From IMG/VR virus record IMGVR_UViG_3300017761_005873, positions 32,001 through 96,000 of that record: a stretch of DNA of 64,000 nucleotides, one strand, 5' to 3'. Positions 29,833-38,868 of this stretch are shown here, piece by piece. Position 1 is the stretch's first letter; every line of letters begins with the position of its first letter. Source of the stretch: a virus. The notes under the pieces were generated by a model. It was not told the origin of the DNA and ran no database searches. It saw only the letters and a list, made by a program, of their open reading frames with translations. The translations under genes and the position numbers were made by a program.

Positions 29833-30552
29833 ATGATTACAAGATACGATATAGAAAATGGTATTATCATTGACATTGAAACAGTACCTGAATTTTCATC
29901 ATTTGAGGAATGTAAAAAACAAAAACCTGCATTAGCAGCAAGTTTTGCAAAAAGAGCAAAATGGTATGCAGATAATGAGTATCGTTGTGATTTAAACGAT
30001 GAACTTCTAAGTAAAATTTATTTTGAAAAAGCATCTCTTTATTCAGAATACGGTAAGATTGTTGTAATCACTTGTGGTGGATTCAAAGATGATGAAGTAG
30101 CAACAATTTCATTTTCATCTAAAGATAATGAAGCACAAATTCTCAATGATTTCTACTCATTTAGTTATAAAAAATTGTTGAAAAATCCAAATACTTGTAT
30201 TGTTGGTTATAATATCAATATGTTTGATGTACCTTTCATTATAAAAAGGTCATTTGTTAACAATATTGAAAAAATCCCACCTATTTTTAGAATATTTGAT
30301 AAAAAACCTTGGGAATTGTCAGCAAAATTCAAAGATATATTTCTTCTTTGGCAAATGAACACAAGGAATTTTGTTTCTTTGGATGCTGTTGCAAGTTGTT
30401 TAGGACTTGAATCACACAAAGATTTTATGGATGGTTCAATGGTTGGTTCAACATTTCATATTGATAATAATTTAGAAAAGATTGTTAATTACTGTGAAAT
30501 GGATGTGGTATTAACAGGTAAAATAATGAAAAGATTGTGTTTAGATGCTTAA
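29833..30552 (+). CDS. 3'-5' exonuclease (DEDDy, PolB proofreading-like, stand-alone)
   Basis: IDIETVP, YNINMFDVPFI, YCEMDV. Confidence 0.85.
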   Translation: MITRYDIENGIIIDIETVPEFSSFEECKKQKPALAASFAKRAKWYADNEYRCDLNDELLSKIYFEKASLYSEYGKIVVITCGGFKDDEVATISFSSKDNEAQILNDFYSFSYKKLLKNPNTCIVGYNINMFDVPFIIKRSFVNNIEKIPPIFRIFDKKPWELSAKFKDIFLLWQMNTRNFVSLDAVASCLGLESHKDFMDGSMVGSTFHIDNNLEKIVNYCEMDVVLTGKIMKRLCLDA

Positions 30553-31117
30553 AGAAATATTAATCAATCCTATTGAAAATTGTGTTAAAGATAAAAATGA
30601 TAAAAAATATATCATTATACATGATACTTTAAGAAAGGATTTTGATAAATATATTCTCTCATTAAAAAAGAAAGAATATGCTCCTGCATATGTTATTAAA
30701 AAAAATGGAGATATTCATAAATTTTATGATGATTTTTATTATAGCAACATAACTAATATAGAAAAAATAAACAAAACTTCTATTTTTATTGGATTAGAAA
30801 ATTCAGGTTTATTAAATAAACTTGAAAATAATTTTCTTAATTGGTGCAATGAAATTATTGACAAGAAAGATGTTGAAGAAGTTACTTTAAATAAAGAAAG
30901 TTTTTTGTATGATAAATATACAAAAACACAGATAGAATCTATTGGTCATTTAATAATTTATTTAAGCAATAAACATAATCTATCATTAAAAGAAATAAAC
31001 ATAAAGAATAGAGAAGAAAACTCAATTATTTTTTTAAAGGATATTGATATATTTTCTAATTCACCAAATCCCACATTAAATATTGACAAATTAAATTCAA
31101 TTATTTTTGGTAATTAA
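30545..31117 (+). CDS. Amidase_2 (N-acetylmuramoyl-L-alanine amidase)-like protein, degenerate
   Basis: IIIHDT, YVIKKNGDI, SIFIGLEN, YTKTQIES; the C-terminal Zn-ligand His is not evident. Confidence 0.6.
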   Translation: MLKEILINPIENCVKDKNDKKYIIIHDTLRKDFDKYILSLKKKEYAPAYVIKKNGDIHKFYDDFYYSNITNIEKINKTSIFIGLENSGLLNKLENNFLNWCNEIIDKKDVEEVTLNKESFLYDKYTKTQIESIGHLIIYLSNKHNLSLKEINIKNREENSIIFLKDIDIFSNSPNPTLNIDKLNSIIFGN

Positions 31118-31536
31118 AATTTAGTTTGTTTCATATCCATTAAATCCTGAATCATTTTTTGAACTTCATCTTGGTCTTCTTTACTTAAAGAAGCATTATC
31201 ACCTGAACTTGTTTTAGTTTTATTATTTTTAACATCCAAATCACCAAATATCTTAACACTATTAAGGTGTTTTGTGATTAAGTCAGTTTTCATTCTTAAA
31301 TACTCCTTAAAAGCATTTAAAGAATTATTTCTAGACTGTTCAAGTTGAGCCATTAATTGAAGTCTTACAGGGTCTTCAATGCTGTCAGAACCAAGTTCTT
31401 CAATAATACGGAGAACGAAGTTATAATGTCTAACACCCATTTGTTTATAGTGTTCTAAAATACCATAAACTTCATTCATGTGTTTTTCGATACTTTCTTG
31501 CGTAAGAGATAATTTTGAGCGTTTAGGTCTTGGCAT
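31114..31536 (-). CDS. Hypothetical helical late protein
   Basis: 140-aa ORF preceded by a late motif (31546-31555). Confidence 0.75.
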   Translation of the reverse strand: MPRPKRSKLSLTQESIEKHMNEVYGILEHYKQMGVRHYNFVLRIIEELGSDSIEDPVRLQLMAQLEQSRNNSLNAFKEYLRMKTDLITKHLNSVKIFGDLDVKNNKTKTSSGDNASLSKEDQDEVQKMIQDLMDMKQTKF

Positions 31537-31545
31537 AATGTTTCT

Positions 31546-31574
31546 TATAAATAGTATTTTTTCAACTATTTAAG
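31546..31574. promoter_or_regulatory. Back-to-back late promoter motifs
   Basis: TATAAATAGT at 31546-31555 (minus) and ACTATTTAAG at 31565-31574 (plus). Confidence 0.65.
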
Positions 31575-31590
31575 GAAAATAAGTAAATAA

Positions 31591-33405
31591 ATGGCAACTG
31601 TTTTAAATTATAATAAAAGAAATTTTTACGAATTAAGAGAAGAATTAAAAAGCTACATAAGACAAAATTATCCTGATGTTTTTTTAAATTTAGAAGATAA
31701 TTCTGTTGGTTCTGTTTTCATTGATATCCTTGCAGGTACAAGTGAAATGTTATATTTTAATCTTGACCGTGTATTTCAAGAAACACAACTTGAAAATGCC
31801 CAATTAAAAAAATCCTTATTTAACATTGCCAAAAATCTTGGTGTTAAACTACCAAATAAAAAACCTTCAATTACATTAATCGATATAGATGTTATTGTAC
31901 CTACATTAAATGATTCATATAATGATGATTATTTACCAATAGTTAAAGCAGGTACTCAATTTACCAATGGTAATGTAAGTTTTGAATTATTATCTGATGT
32001 TGATTTTTCTTCAGGGTTTTCAACTGAAGGACAACCAAACAGAACAATCATACCAATTCTAAATAATTTTAGTGAAGTTGTTTCTTATAGAATATCTAAA
32101 AGAGAAATAGTATATAATGGGTCAACAAAAATTGCAAAGATATTTGTTGATTCAACTCAAGCAGGACCATTTTATCAAATTACATTACCCGATACTGATA
32201 TAATTGATATTACATCAATTGTTGTTAAAACAGGTAATATAACAACCACACCCACAGATGATGAATTTAATGACCAAGATTTACAATATTTTCAAGTTGA
32301 TTTCTTAGCTGAATCAGAAGTATTCATTGAAACATCACCTATTATTTCTCAAGATGGTGTAAGAAAAGGTTATTGGAAAAAAGTAAAAAAGAAGTTTGTT
32401 AAAGAATTCAATGAAAATGGTAATTGTAGAATTACGTTTGGTGGTGGTAGTGGAGCAATGAATATATTTAATAATACATTAGATAATCTTGATAATTTTT
32501 CAAAAATTGAATCATACCTTTACAATACAGCATTAGGTGAAAAAATACCACCAAACTCAACAATTTTTATTAAATATAGAACAGGTGGTGGTGTTAATAC
32601 TAATTTAGGACCAAATGTAATAACAAACGTAACAAATAAAAATATGGTTGTTAATGGCCCTAATTTAAATATAAATCAAACTGTTATTAATTCATTAATT
32701 TGTAATAATCCAATACCTGCTTTAGGAGGTAAAGACCCATTATCAATTGAAGAAATTAGAAATATGATTTCTTACAATTATTCAGCACAAAATAGAGCAG
32801 TAACATTAGAAGATTATTATGCAATTCTTTTTAGAATGGATGGTAAATATGGTGTTCCATTTAAGTTTACTACTTCTTTAAAAAATAATAAAATTATATA
32901 TAATATTATTGGATTAGATTCAGATAAAAAATTAAATAACACATCTACAGACTTATTAAAAGAAAATATTTCAGAATTTTTAACTCATTATAGAATGGTT
33001 AATGATTACATTGAAGTTGAAGATGGACAAATATATAATATTGCATACCAAATAAATGTTTTAGTAGAAAGAACATCAAATAATGATTATGATGTAATTG
33101 CAAAAGTAATTAAAGAAGTTTTAGATTTTCATTCAATCTATAAAGCTAGAATTGGTGAAAATATTTATATTGGAAGATTAATTGAAGCTATTAATAATGT
33201 ACCAAATATAATTAATATTAATTCAATTAGATGTTTTAATAAAGTATCTAACAATTATTCAAATAACGAAATGTCAATTAATTTTTTGGATAGAACAACA
33301 AAGGAAATTGATTTAAGTGATGGTACATTATACAATTCCTATGATGGTATTTTTGAAATAAAATATAATACTGATATTAGAGTAACAGTTTCAAAACTAG
33401 GATAA
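31591..33405 (+). CDS. Baseplate wedge subunit, gp6-like
   Basis: NYNKRNF..LREEL..YIRQNYPD, YRTGGG..N, QNRAVTLEDY. Confidence 0.88.
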   Translation: MATVLNYNKRNFYELREELKSYIRQNYPDVFLNLEDNSVGSVFIDILAGTSEMLYFNLDRVFQETQLENAQLKKSLFNIAKNLGVKLPNKKPSITLIDIDVIVPTLNDSYNDDYLPIVKAGTQFTNGNVSFELLSDVDFSSGFSTEGQPNRTIIPILNNFSEVVSYRISKREIVYNGSTKIAKIFVDSTQAGPFYQITLPDTDIIDITSIVVKTGNITTTPTDDEFNDQDLQYFQVDFLAESEVFIETSPIISQDGVRKGYWKKVKKKFVKEFNENGNCRITFGGGSGAMNIFNNTLDNLDNFSKIESYLYNTALGEKIPPNSTIFIKYRTGGGVNTNLGPNVITNVTNKNMVVNGPNLNINQTVINSLICNNPIPALGGKDPLSIEEIRNMISYNYSAQNRAVTLEDYYAILFRMDGKYGVPFKFTTSLKNNKIIYNIIGLDSDKKLNNTSTDLLKENISEFLTHYRMVNDYIEVEDGQIYNIAYQINVLVERTSNNDYDVIAKVIKEVLDFHSIYKARIGENIYIGRLIEAINNVPNIININSIRCFNKVSNNYSNNEMSINFLDRTTKEIDLSDGTLYNSYDGIFEIKYNTDIRVTVSKLG

Positions 33406-33406
33406 T

Positions 33407-34684
33407 ATGTCTTTATCAAAGAAAAAATCAAATATAATAAATAAATTAAAGCTATACATAAGTATTGCAAATAATAGTAATATTGATGCTAATTCTTTAA
33501 GTGATTTAATACCAAATACTAATGACCCAATTGATTTTTTACTTGATATTATAAAATCAACAATTGGAGAGAATGCATTGGAGATGGTAGTCCAAAGTGC
33601 ATTATCTAAAATAATTAAACAAAAAAAACTTAATGAATTAAGTGATAAAGTTTATGATTCAATAAGAAAAACTATACCTGAAAGTATATCATCAAGTACA
33701 GTAAATTATAATATACCAATTAAAACAATTGACCCAACAAATCAATTTAAAAAACCAGAATTATTACAGACAGTATCAGCACAAACAGGTGCAGTAGCAA
33801 ACCAAACAAATCAATTTTTTAAAGATATTAAAAATAATGTTTTATCAAATGTAAATGTAGAAGTGCCATTTATATTATTTGGTACAACTAAAGAAATTAA
33901 ATTGAAATATCAAGAGCAAACTGATGAAATCAATTTAAACATACCATCAATTAGTGCATTAGAATTATATGATGGTTTAAAAGGATTAATTGGGTCAATG
34001 TTTTCAGCAGGAGTTGTTATAAATGAAATTCTTAATATATTGTTTCATACTAACTTCTCAAAAGAAGATGCACAAGTTTTAACAATTGTTCGTTCATATA
34101 CAAAATATGAAACAAAAGAAGTTTTTAAATTAGATTTAAAAAAATTATTAGATTTAGAATTAGATACAGAAGTAAATGGTATTAATATTGATACAAGTTG
34201 TTTTAGAGAAAACATTGAAATTACTCAATCACAGATAGATAATCTTATATTAAATCCTACTATTAGTAATTTTAATGCTTTAGTACCTGAATTTAATACA
34301 AGTTCATCATCTAATGGTAAAAATGATTATCATAAGAATATTTTAAAAACAATAATAGAAGCTATTATATCAATAATAATCAAACAACCTGTTGTTTTAT
34401 TTTTTATTACAATTATTAATAAATTAATAGATTTTAATTATGATTTAAATATACTTGATATTGCAACATTAATAGAGAGATTAAAAGCATTATTTGAATC
34501 AATGTTTGACACAATTTATGAAGACTTATTTTGTGTTATATTTAATTATATAAAAAAATTTGTAATTAAGTTAGTTATTGTAATTACAATAGAATTGATA
34601 AGAGAACAATTAGAAAAAAGAGCAAAAATTTTAGAATCATTATCACCAGTTAAAATAAAAGAAAATTTAAAATCTATCATATGA
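33407..34684 (+). CDS. Hypothetical protein in the baseplate operon, hydrophobic C-terminal helices
   Basis: 425 aa, coupled to the gp6-like gene. Confidence 0.7.
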   Translation: MSLSKKKSNIINKLKLYISIANNSNIDANSLSDLIPNTNDPIDFLLDIIKSTIGENALEMVVQSALSKIIKQKKLNELSDKVYDSIRKTIPESISSSTVNYNIPIKTIDPTNQFKKPELLQTVSAQTGAVANQTNQFFKDIKNNVLSNVNVEVPFILFGTTKEIKLKYQEQTDEINLNIPSISALELYDGLKGLIGSMFSAGVVINEILNILFHTNFSKEDAQVLTIVRSYTKYETKEVFKLDLKKLLDLELDTEVNGINIDTSCFRENIEITQSQIDNLILNPTISNFNALVPEFNTSSSSNGKNDYHKNILKTIIEAIISIIIKQPVVLFFITIINKLIDFNYDLNILDIATLIERLKALFESMFDTIYEDLFCVIFNYIKKFVIKLVIVITIELIREQLEKRAKILESLSPVKIKENLKSII

Positions 34685-35079
34685 CAAAAGAAATTTTAAA
34701 TGCAGCAATAACAACTTTAAATGATATTCTAAGTATCAAAACACCTCCAAATTTTGGTACTATTCCACCACCAATAGTTGTTTTATCACAAACAAGAAAT
34801 GGTATGTCAGCACTTAGGGCTACTAATAAAGTTTTAGAAAAGAAAAAAGAATTAGGTATTCCTACAGGTAACTTAACTGATGGTAGTGCAAATTATGATG
34901 ATATACTTTGGTATACAGCTATGAAAGCTATAATTGATGAAATTACTAATGAAGCTAGAATAACCTCTGTTGATGCACCAGGAACACAAATTGTAGCAGC
35001 AGGTGGTAATGCAGGTGGTCCAGTTGTTGTTTACGGTTCTACCACAACTTTTTCAAATGGTGGTACAATTATTGAATAA
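34681..35079 (+). CDS. Hypothetical structural protein
   Basis: 132 aa, Gly-rich C-terminus GGNAGGPVVVYG; ATGA overlap with the upstream gene. Confidence 0.7.
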   Translation: MTKEILNAAITTLNDILSIKTPPNFGTIPPPIVVLSQTRNGMSALRATNKVLEKKKELGIPTGNLTDGSANYDDILWYTAMKAIIDEITNEARITSVDAPGTQIVAAGGNAGGPVVVYGSTTTFSNGGTIIE

Positions 35080-35100
35080 AATATATTATATTTATGAATT

Positions 35101-35397
35101 ATGATTTTAAACGAAATTTTAGAAAAAAAAATTAATTCTTTTAAAAAAGAAAAGAACGAAAAAATAATTGAAAGTATAAATTTTTTAGTTGATGAATTTG
35201 ATAATTATCAAAACCAATTAAATGATTTAGTTACTGAAATTGAAAATCAACCATTTGAGGATGATTTTTTCTTTAAAAACATAAAAAAGGATGATTATAA
35301 AAAAAGAGCAAGTTTAATTGAGGAAAAAATATTTTCAATTGAAAAGAGATGGTCCGAATTGGTACTCATTTTAAATGAACGACTTAACAAAAAATAA
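35101..35397 (+). CDS. Hypothetical protein
   Basis: 98-aa helical ORF. Confidence 0.65.
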   Translation: MILNEILEKKINSFKKEKNEKIIESINFLVDEFDNYQNQLNDLVTEIENQPFEDDFFFKNIKKDDYKKRASLIEEKIFSIEKRWSELVLILNERLNKK

Positions 35398-35404
35398 AAT
35401 TTTT

Positions 35405-35435
35405 TTTGTAGTTTTTATTGTAATTATTATATTTG
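35405..35435 (+). promoter_or_regulatory. Bacteroidota primary-sigma promoter (-33 TTTG / -7 TATATTTG)
   Basis: TTTG at 35405-35408, 19-bp spacer, TATATTTG at 35428-35435, just upstream of ATG 35441. Confidence 0.6.
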
Positions 35436-35440
35436 CTTAT

Positions 35441-36286
35441 ATGAAGAGAATTAACTCAAACACGGTCAATATAACAAAAGACACATCCGATATTTTAAAA
35501 TTATATCATCAAGAAATTAGGAAAATTGATGATATACCCAAGAGTAAGGAAGTAGATTTATTTTATGAATATAAGGCAACAAAATGCCCAAACATTAAAA
35601 ATTTATTGATTAATAATAATCTTAGATTTGTTATTAATGTTGCAAAACACTATCATAATAGTAGTTTTTATCAATTATCAGATGTAATTTCATCGGGAAA
35701 TATTGGTTTAATAAGAGCCGTTGAAGAATTCGACCCAAGCAGAGGATTTAAATTTAGTACATATGCTGTTTGGTGGATAAGACAATCAATCTTAGAAGGT
35801 ATTGCAAAAGAATCAAAAGCTATTAAACAACCTATTAAATTACATGCTGTAAATCAAAAGTTTTTAGATTTAAAAAATAAATTTTATAATAATTATGGGT
35901 TTGACCCAAACATAGAAGATATTAAAGAAGATTTATCCGAAGAAACCTCTTGCGAAATTTTAGCAAAATCAATATCAGCAATAGATGATAATAATATAAT
36001 TTCAATATCTTCTCCTGTGTCTTCTTCATCTGAGGATATTATGTTTGAAGATATTCTACCATCACCAATATTGGATGATAAATCAATATACTTTAATACA
36101 GATTTAAAATCAATATCTTTAAAGAATCTAAATAAAATTGAAAAATTAGTTTTAAGTTATACATATGGTTTAAATGATAAACCTGAAATAAGTTTTAATC
36201 AAATATCTAAATTAATTAATAAAAGTGAAAATGAAATTAAATCAATTCATGATAAAGCTTTAAAAATTATTAAAAATGATTTATAA
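35441..36286 (+). CDS. Sigma70-family (RpoD/RpoS-like) RNA polymerase sigma factor
   Basis: Region 2 NLRFVINVAKHY...GNIGLIRAVEEFDPSRGFKFSTYAVWWIRQSI; start reassigned to 35441 (track: 35375) because the extra N-terminus overlaps the promoter. Confidence 0.9.
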   Translation: MKRINSNTVNITKDTSDILKLYHQEIRKIDDIPKSKEVDLFYEYKATKCPNIKNLLINNNLRFVINVAKHYHNSSFYQLSDVISSGNIGLIRAVEEFDPSRGFKFSTYAVWWIRQSILEGIAKESKAIKQPIKLHAVNQKFLDLKNKFYNNYGFDPNIEDIKEDLSEETSCEILAKSISAIDDNNIISISSPVSSSSEDIMFEDILPSPILDDKSIYFNTDLKSISLKNLNKIEKLVLSYTYGLNDKPEISFNQISKLINKSENEIKSIHDKALKIIKNDL

Positions 36287-37241
36287 TTTACTTGAATCTG
36301 TATTTGGGCATCCTAAAAATAATTCATCAATTCAATTACAATTTAACTGTCCTGAATGCGCTAAATTAAATTATGGTATTCCCGATGATAAATACAATCT
36401 TGAGGTCAATATTGCATTAAATAATAAGGGAAAATATAATAAAGTTTGTAAATGTTGGAAATGTGGATTATCAGGTCCACTTTTTTTTGTATTTAAAAAA
36501 TATGCTGATAAAAGACAAATTGCAGAATTTTTAAAATATGAAAATGAACCAATTGTTTTATCACAAATAAAAAAATATAAAATATTTTCATTACCAAAAG
36601 AATTTATATCTTTTAAAAATATGGATAAAAATAATCCATTACATTTAGAAGCATATGATTATGTTAGAAATAATAGAAAAGTTTCTGATGTAATAATTAA
36701 AAGAGATAATCTTGGATTTTGTCTTGAAGGTTATTATAAAGATAGGATTATCAAACCTTCATATGATTTAAATAATAAATTGAATTTTTATATTACAAGA
36801 GCATTTAAAAATAACACAGATAAACATCAAACATATAAACTACCACAAGCAGATAAAAGAGAGATTATTTTCAATGAAAAAAACATAAATTGGAATGGAA
36901 CTGTTTATATTGTTGAGGCATATTTTGAATATACTACTTTACCTGTTAATACTATTATCTTATTAGGTAAATCTCTTTATGATAATATACTTACTAAGTT
37001 AATTAAATATAAACCAAATGTTATTATATTATTAAATCCTGATGCTATTGACAAAAGGGAATATTTTAATTATAAAATGACTCCCAATTCATCATTGGAG
37101 ATTCAGGAACGATTATTGAGTTTAGGATTAGAAAATGTAAAGGTACAAATGTATAATGATAATAAAGATTTGAATAATAATATGCAAATTTATGGAAAAG
37201 ATTATATATTTGATTTAATTAAAACGAATTTAAAACAATAA
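36276..37241 (+). CDS. DNA primase-like protein (Zn finger plus TOPRIM)
   Basis: CPEC...CWKC Zn finger, YKDRII.P, YIVEAYFE, LLGK, LNPDA. Confidence 0.75.
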   Translation: MIYNLLESVFGHPKNNSSIQLQFNCPECAKLNYGIPDDKYNLEVNIALNNKGKYNKVCKCWKCGLSGPLFFVFKKYADKRQIAEFLKYENEPIVLSQIKKYKIFSLPKEFISFKNMDKNNPLHLEAYDYVRNNRKVSDVIIKRDNLGFCLEGYYKDRIIKPSYDLNNKLNFYITRAFKNNTDKHQTYKLPQADKREIIFNEKNINWNGTVYIVEAYFEYTTLPVNTIILLGKSLYDNILTKLIKYKPNVIILLNPDAIDKREYFNYKMTPNSSLEIQERLLSLGLENVKVQMYNDNKDLNNNMQIYGKDYIFDLIKTNLKQ

Positions 37242-37266
37242 ATTTTATTTTATAAAATGGAAAATA

Positions 37267-37788
37267 ATGTTAGATATACAAAAAGAAAAGTTAGATAAAG
37301 AGATTTACAAAAAATATGAAAAATTAGTTATAAATTACTTTTATTCTAAAACTTTGGATGCACAATTATCTAAAGATTTAAGTGCTGAAACAATGAGCAA
37401 AATAATTATCAATTATCATAAAAAACTTAATAAAAAAACACTAGATAATTGGGTATTTACTGTTACACAAAATCATTTTTATGATTATGTAAGAAAAATC
37501 AACAGAAAAAAATATAAAAAATATGTTTCAATAGATGAAAAATCACAATTCATTGATAATGTTTTTATTAATAGTGATTATGAAAATCAATTTAATTCTA
37601 TAAACGAAATTATGAAAATTTGTCATGATGAAACTTTAAAAAATTTTTATGAATATAAATATTTAAAACATTATGATAATAAGACGATTATAAAAGAAAT
37701 GAATATTACATATAAAAAAATTAAATTTTTTGATGAAAATTTAGTATCTTTTTTAAAGAATCAAGTATTGGATAACCTATTTACATGA
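37267..37788 (+). CDS. ECF-like sigma factor
   Basis: SKDLSAETMSKI...DNWVFTVTQNHFYDYVRK region-2 pattern; 173 aa. Confidence 0.7.
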   Translation: MLDIQKEKLDKEIYKKYEKLVINYFYSKTLDAQLSKDLSAETMSKIIINYHKKLNKKTLDNWVFTVTQNHFYDYVRKINRKKYKKYVSIDEKSQFIDNVFINSDYENQFNSINEIMKICHDETLKNFYEYKYLKHYDNKTIIKEMNITYKKIKFFDENLVSFLKNQVLDNLFT

Positions 37789-37794
37789 AACTAA

Positions 37795-38547
37795 ATGCGT
37801 GTGAATAGGAAAATTAAAAAATACAATGTTGAAGAAACAGCAGAAGACAAGCTAAAGGAGAAAAAGAACGAGATTAGAAAAAAAGTTGGAAAACCATATT
37901 TAAAAATTTCTCCTAAAACCGAAAACCAAGAAAAATTTGTTGAAGATATCTTGGACAATGAATCAATGTATGTAATTGCTACAGGAATTGCAGGTGCAGG
38001 TAAAACCTTCATAGCATTGGTTCAAGCAATAAACTTATTATTATCAGATAATAATAACTATACAAAGATTAGAATATTTAAACCTTTAAAACAACTACAA
38101 GGTGAAGATATTGGTATATTACCAGGCGGTGTTGAAGAAAAATTAGAATATGTTTTAATGTCTTATTCAATGCAATTAAATAAACTATTAAGTCCAATTG
38201 CATTGGAAATATTATTCAAAGAAAAAATCATTGAAGTAATACCAATGGGTAATTTAAGAGGTTTATCTCTTGATAATATTAATATCTTTGATGAATTCCA
38301 AAATGTATCAGTTGATAATACTGAAACCGTTTTAACTCGTCTTGAAGAAGGTGCTAAAATGATTATTATTGGTGATATTCGTCAAAGAGATTTTAAAGAT
38401 AAAACCGATAATGGATTAATGTTTTTAACTCAACATTTTAGAGATTTTGATGAACATATTAAAGTCATTGAATTTGTTGATTCAGATTGCGTAAGAAGTC
38501 CATTAATTCAAAAAATAACAAAATTATTTGATGAGAAAAAACCGTAA
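37795..38547 (+). CDS. phoH: PhoH-family ATPase
   Basis: GIAGAGKT, GILPG, LRG, DEFQN, TRL, GD..Q.D, RS.L motifs. Confidence 0.92.
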   Translation: MRVNRKIKKYNVEETAEDKLKEKKNEIRKKVGKPYLKISPKTENQEKFVEDILDNESMYVIATGIAGAGKTFIALVQAINLLLSDNNNYTKIRIFKPLKQLQGEDIGILPGGVEEKLEYVLMSYSMQLNKLLSPIALEILFKEKIIEVIPMGNLRGLSLDNINIFDEFQNVSVDNTETVLTRLEEGAKMIIIGDIRQRDFKDKTDNGLMFLTQHFRDFDEHIKVIEFVDSDCVRSPLIQKITKLFDEKKP

Positions 38548-38801
38548 TGAAAAATTTCTTAGATAACATAAAACACAGTAAATTAGGGAAAATTTTAGAC
38601 ATACTTTTCTTGGGAACTTTTTTTAGAATCCATAAATTTGTCCTATATTTGTTTGTACCAACTCTAATATTTTCTTTCATGCAATACTTCCGTATTTTAG
38701 GTATAGATGACCATTTTATGGTTATTCTAACCCTAATATTGCTTCCAATATTTATCATTGGTGCATTTTGGTTCATCTACAAAACAACAAAATTAGACTA
38801 A
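38547..38801 (+). CDS. Small membrane protein
   Basis: 84 aa with two hydrophobic segments; TAATG-type coupling to phoH. Confidence 0.65.
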   Translation: MKNFLDNIKHSKLGKILDILFLGTFFRIHKFVLYLFVPTLIFSFMQYFRILGIDDHFMVILTLILLPIFIIGAFWFIYKTTKLD

Positions 38802-38814
38802 CAATTAATAACAT

Positions 38815-38850
38815 ATCCTGTTTGTAGTAAAATATAAACAGGATTTTTTT
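38815..38850 (+). terminator. Intrinsic terminator
   Basis: ATCCTGTTT / AAACAGGAT stem followed by a T-run. Confidence 0.7.
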
Positions 38851-38868
38851 ATACTTAAATTTACAAAA

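Noticed and set aside
31114-31536. Terminase small subunit
   Set aside because: Size and late motif are compatible, but there is no diagnostic motif and no adjacent large terminase, so it is left as hypothetical
35375-35440. Membrane-anchored sigma factor suggested by the hydrophobic N-terminus in the ORF track
   Set aside because: The segment is translated T-rich promoter DNA overlapping the previous gene; ATG 35441 downstream of the promoter is the more plausible start
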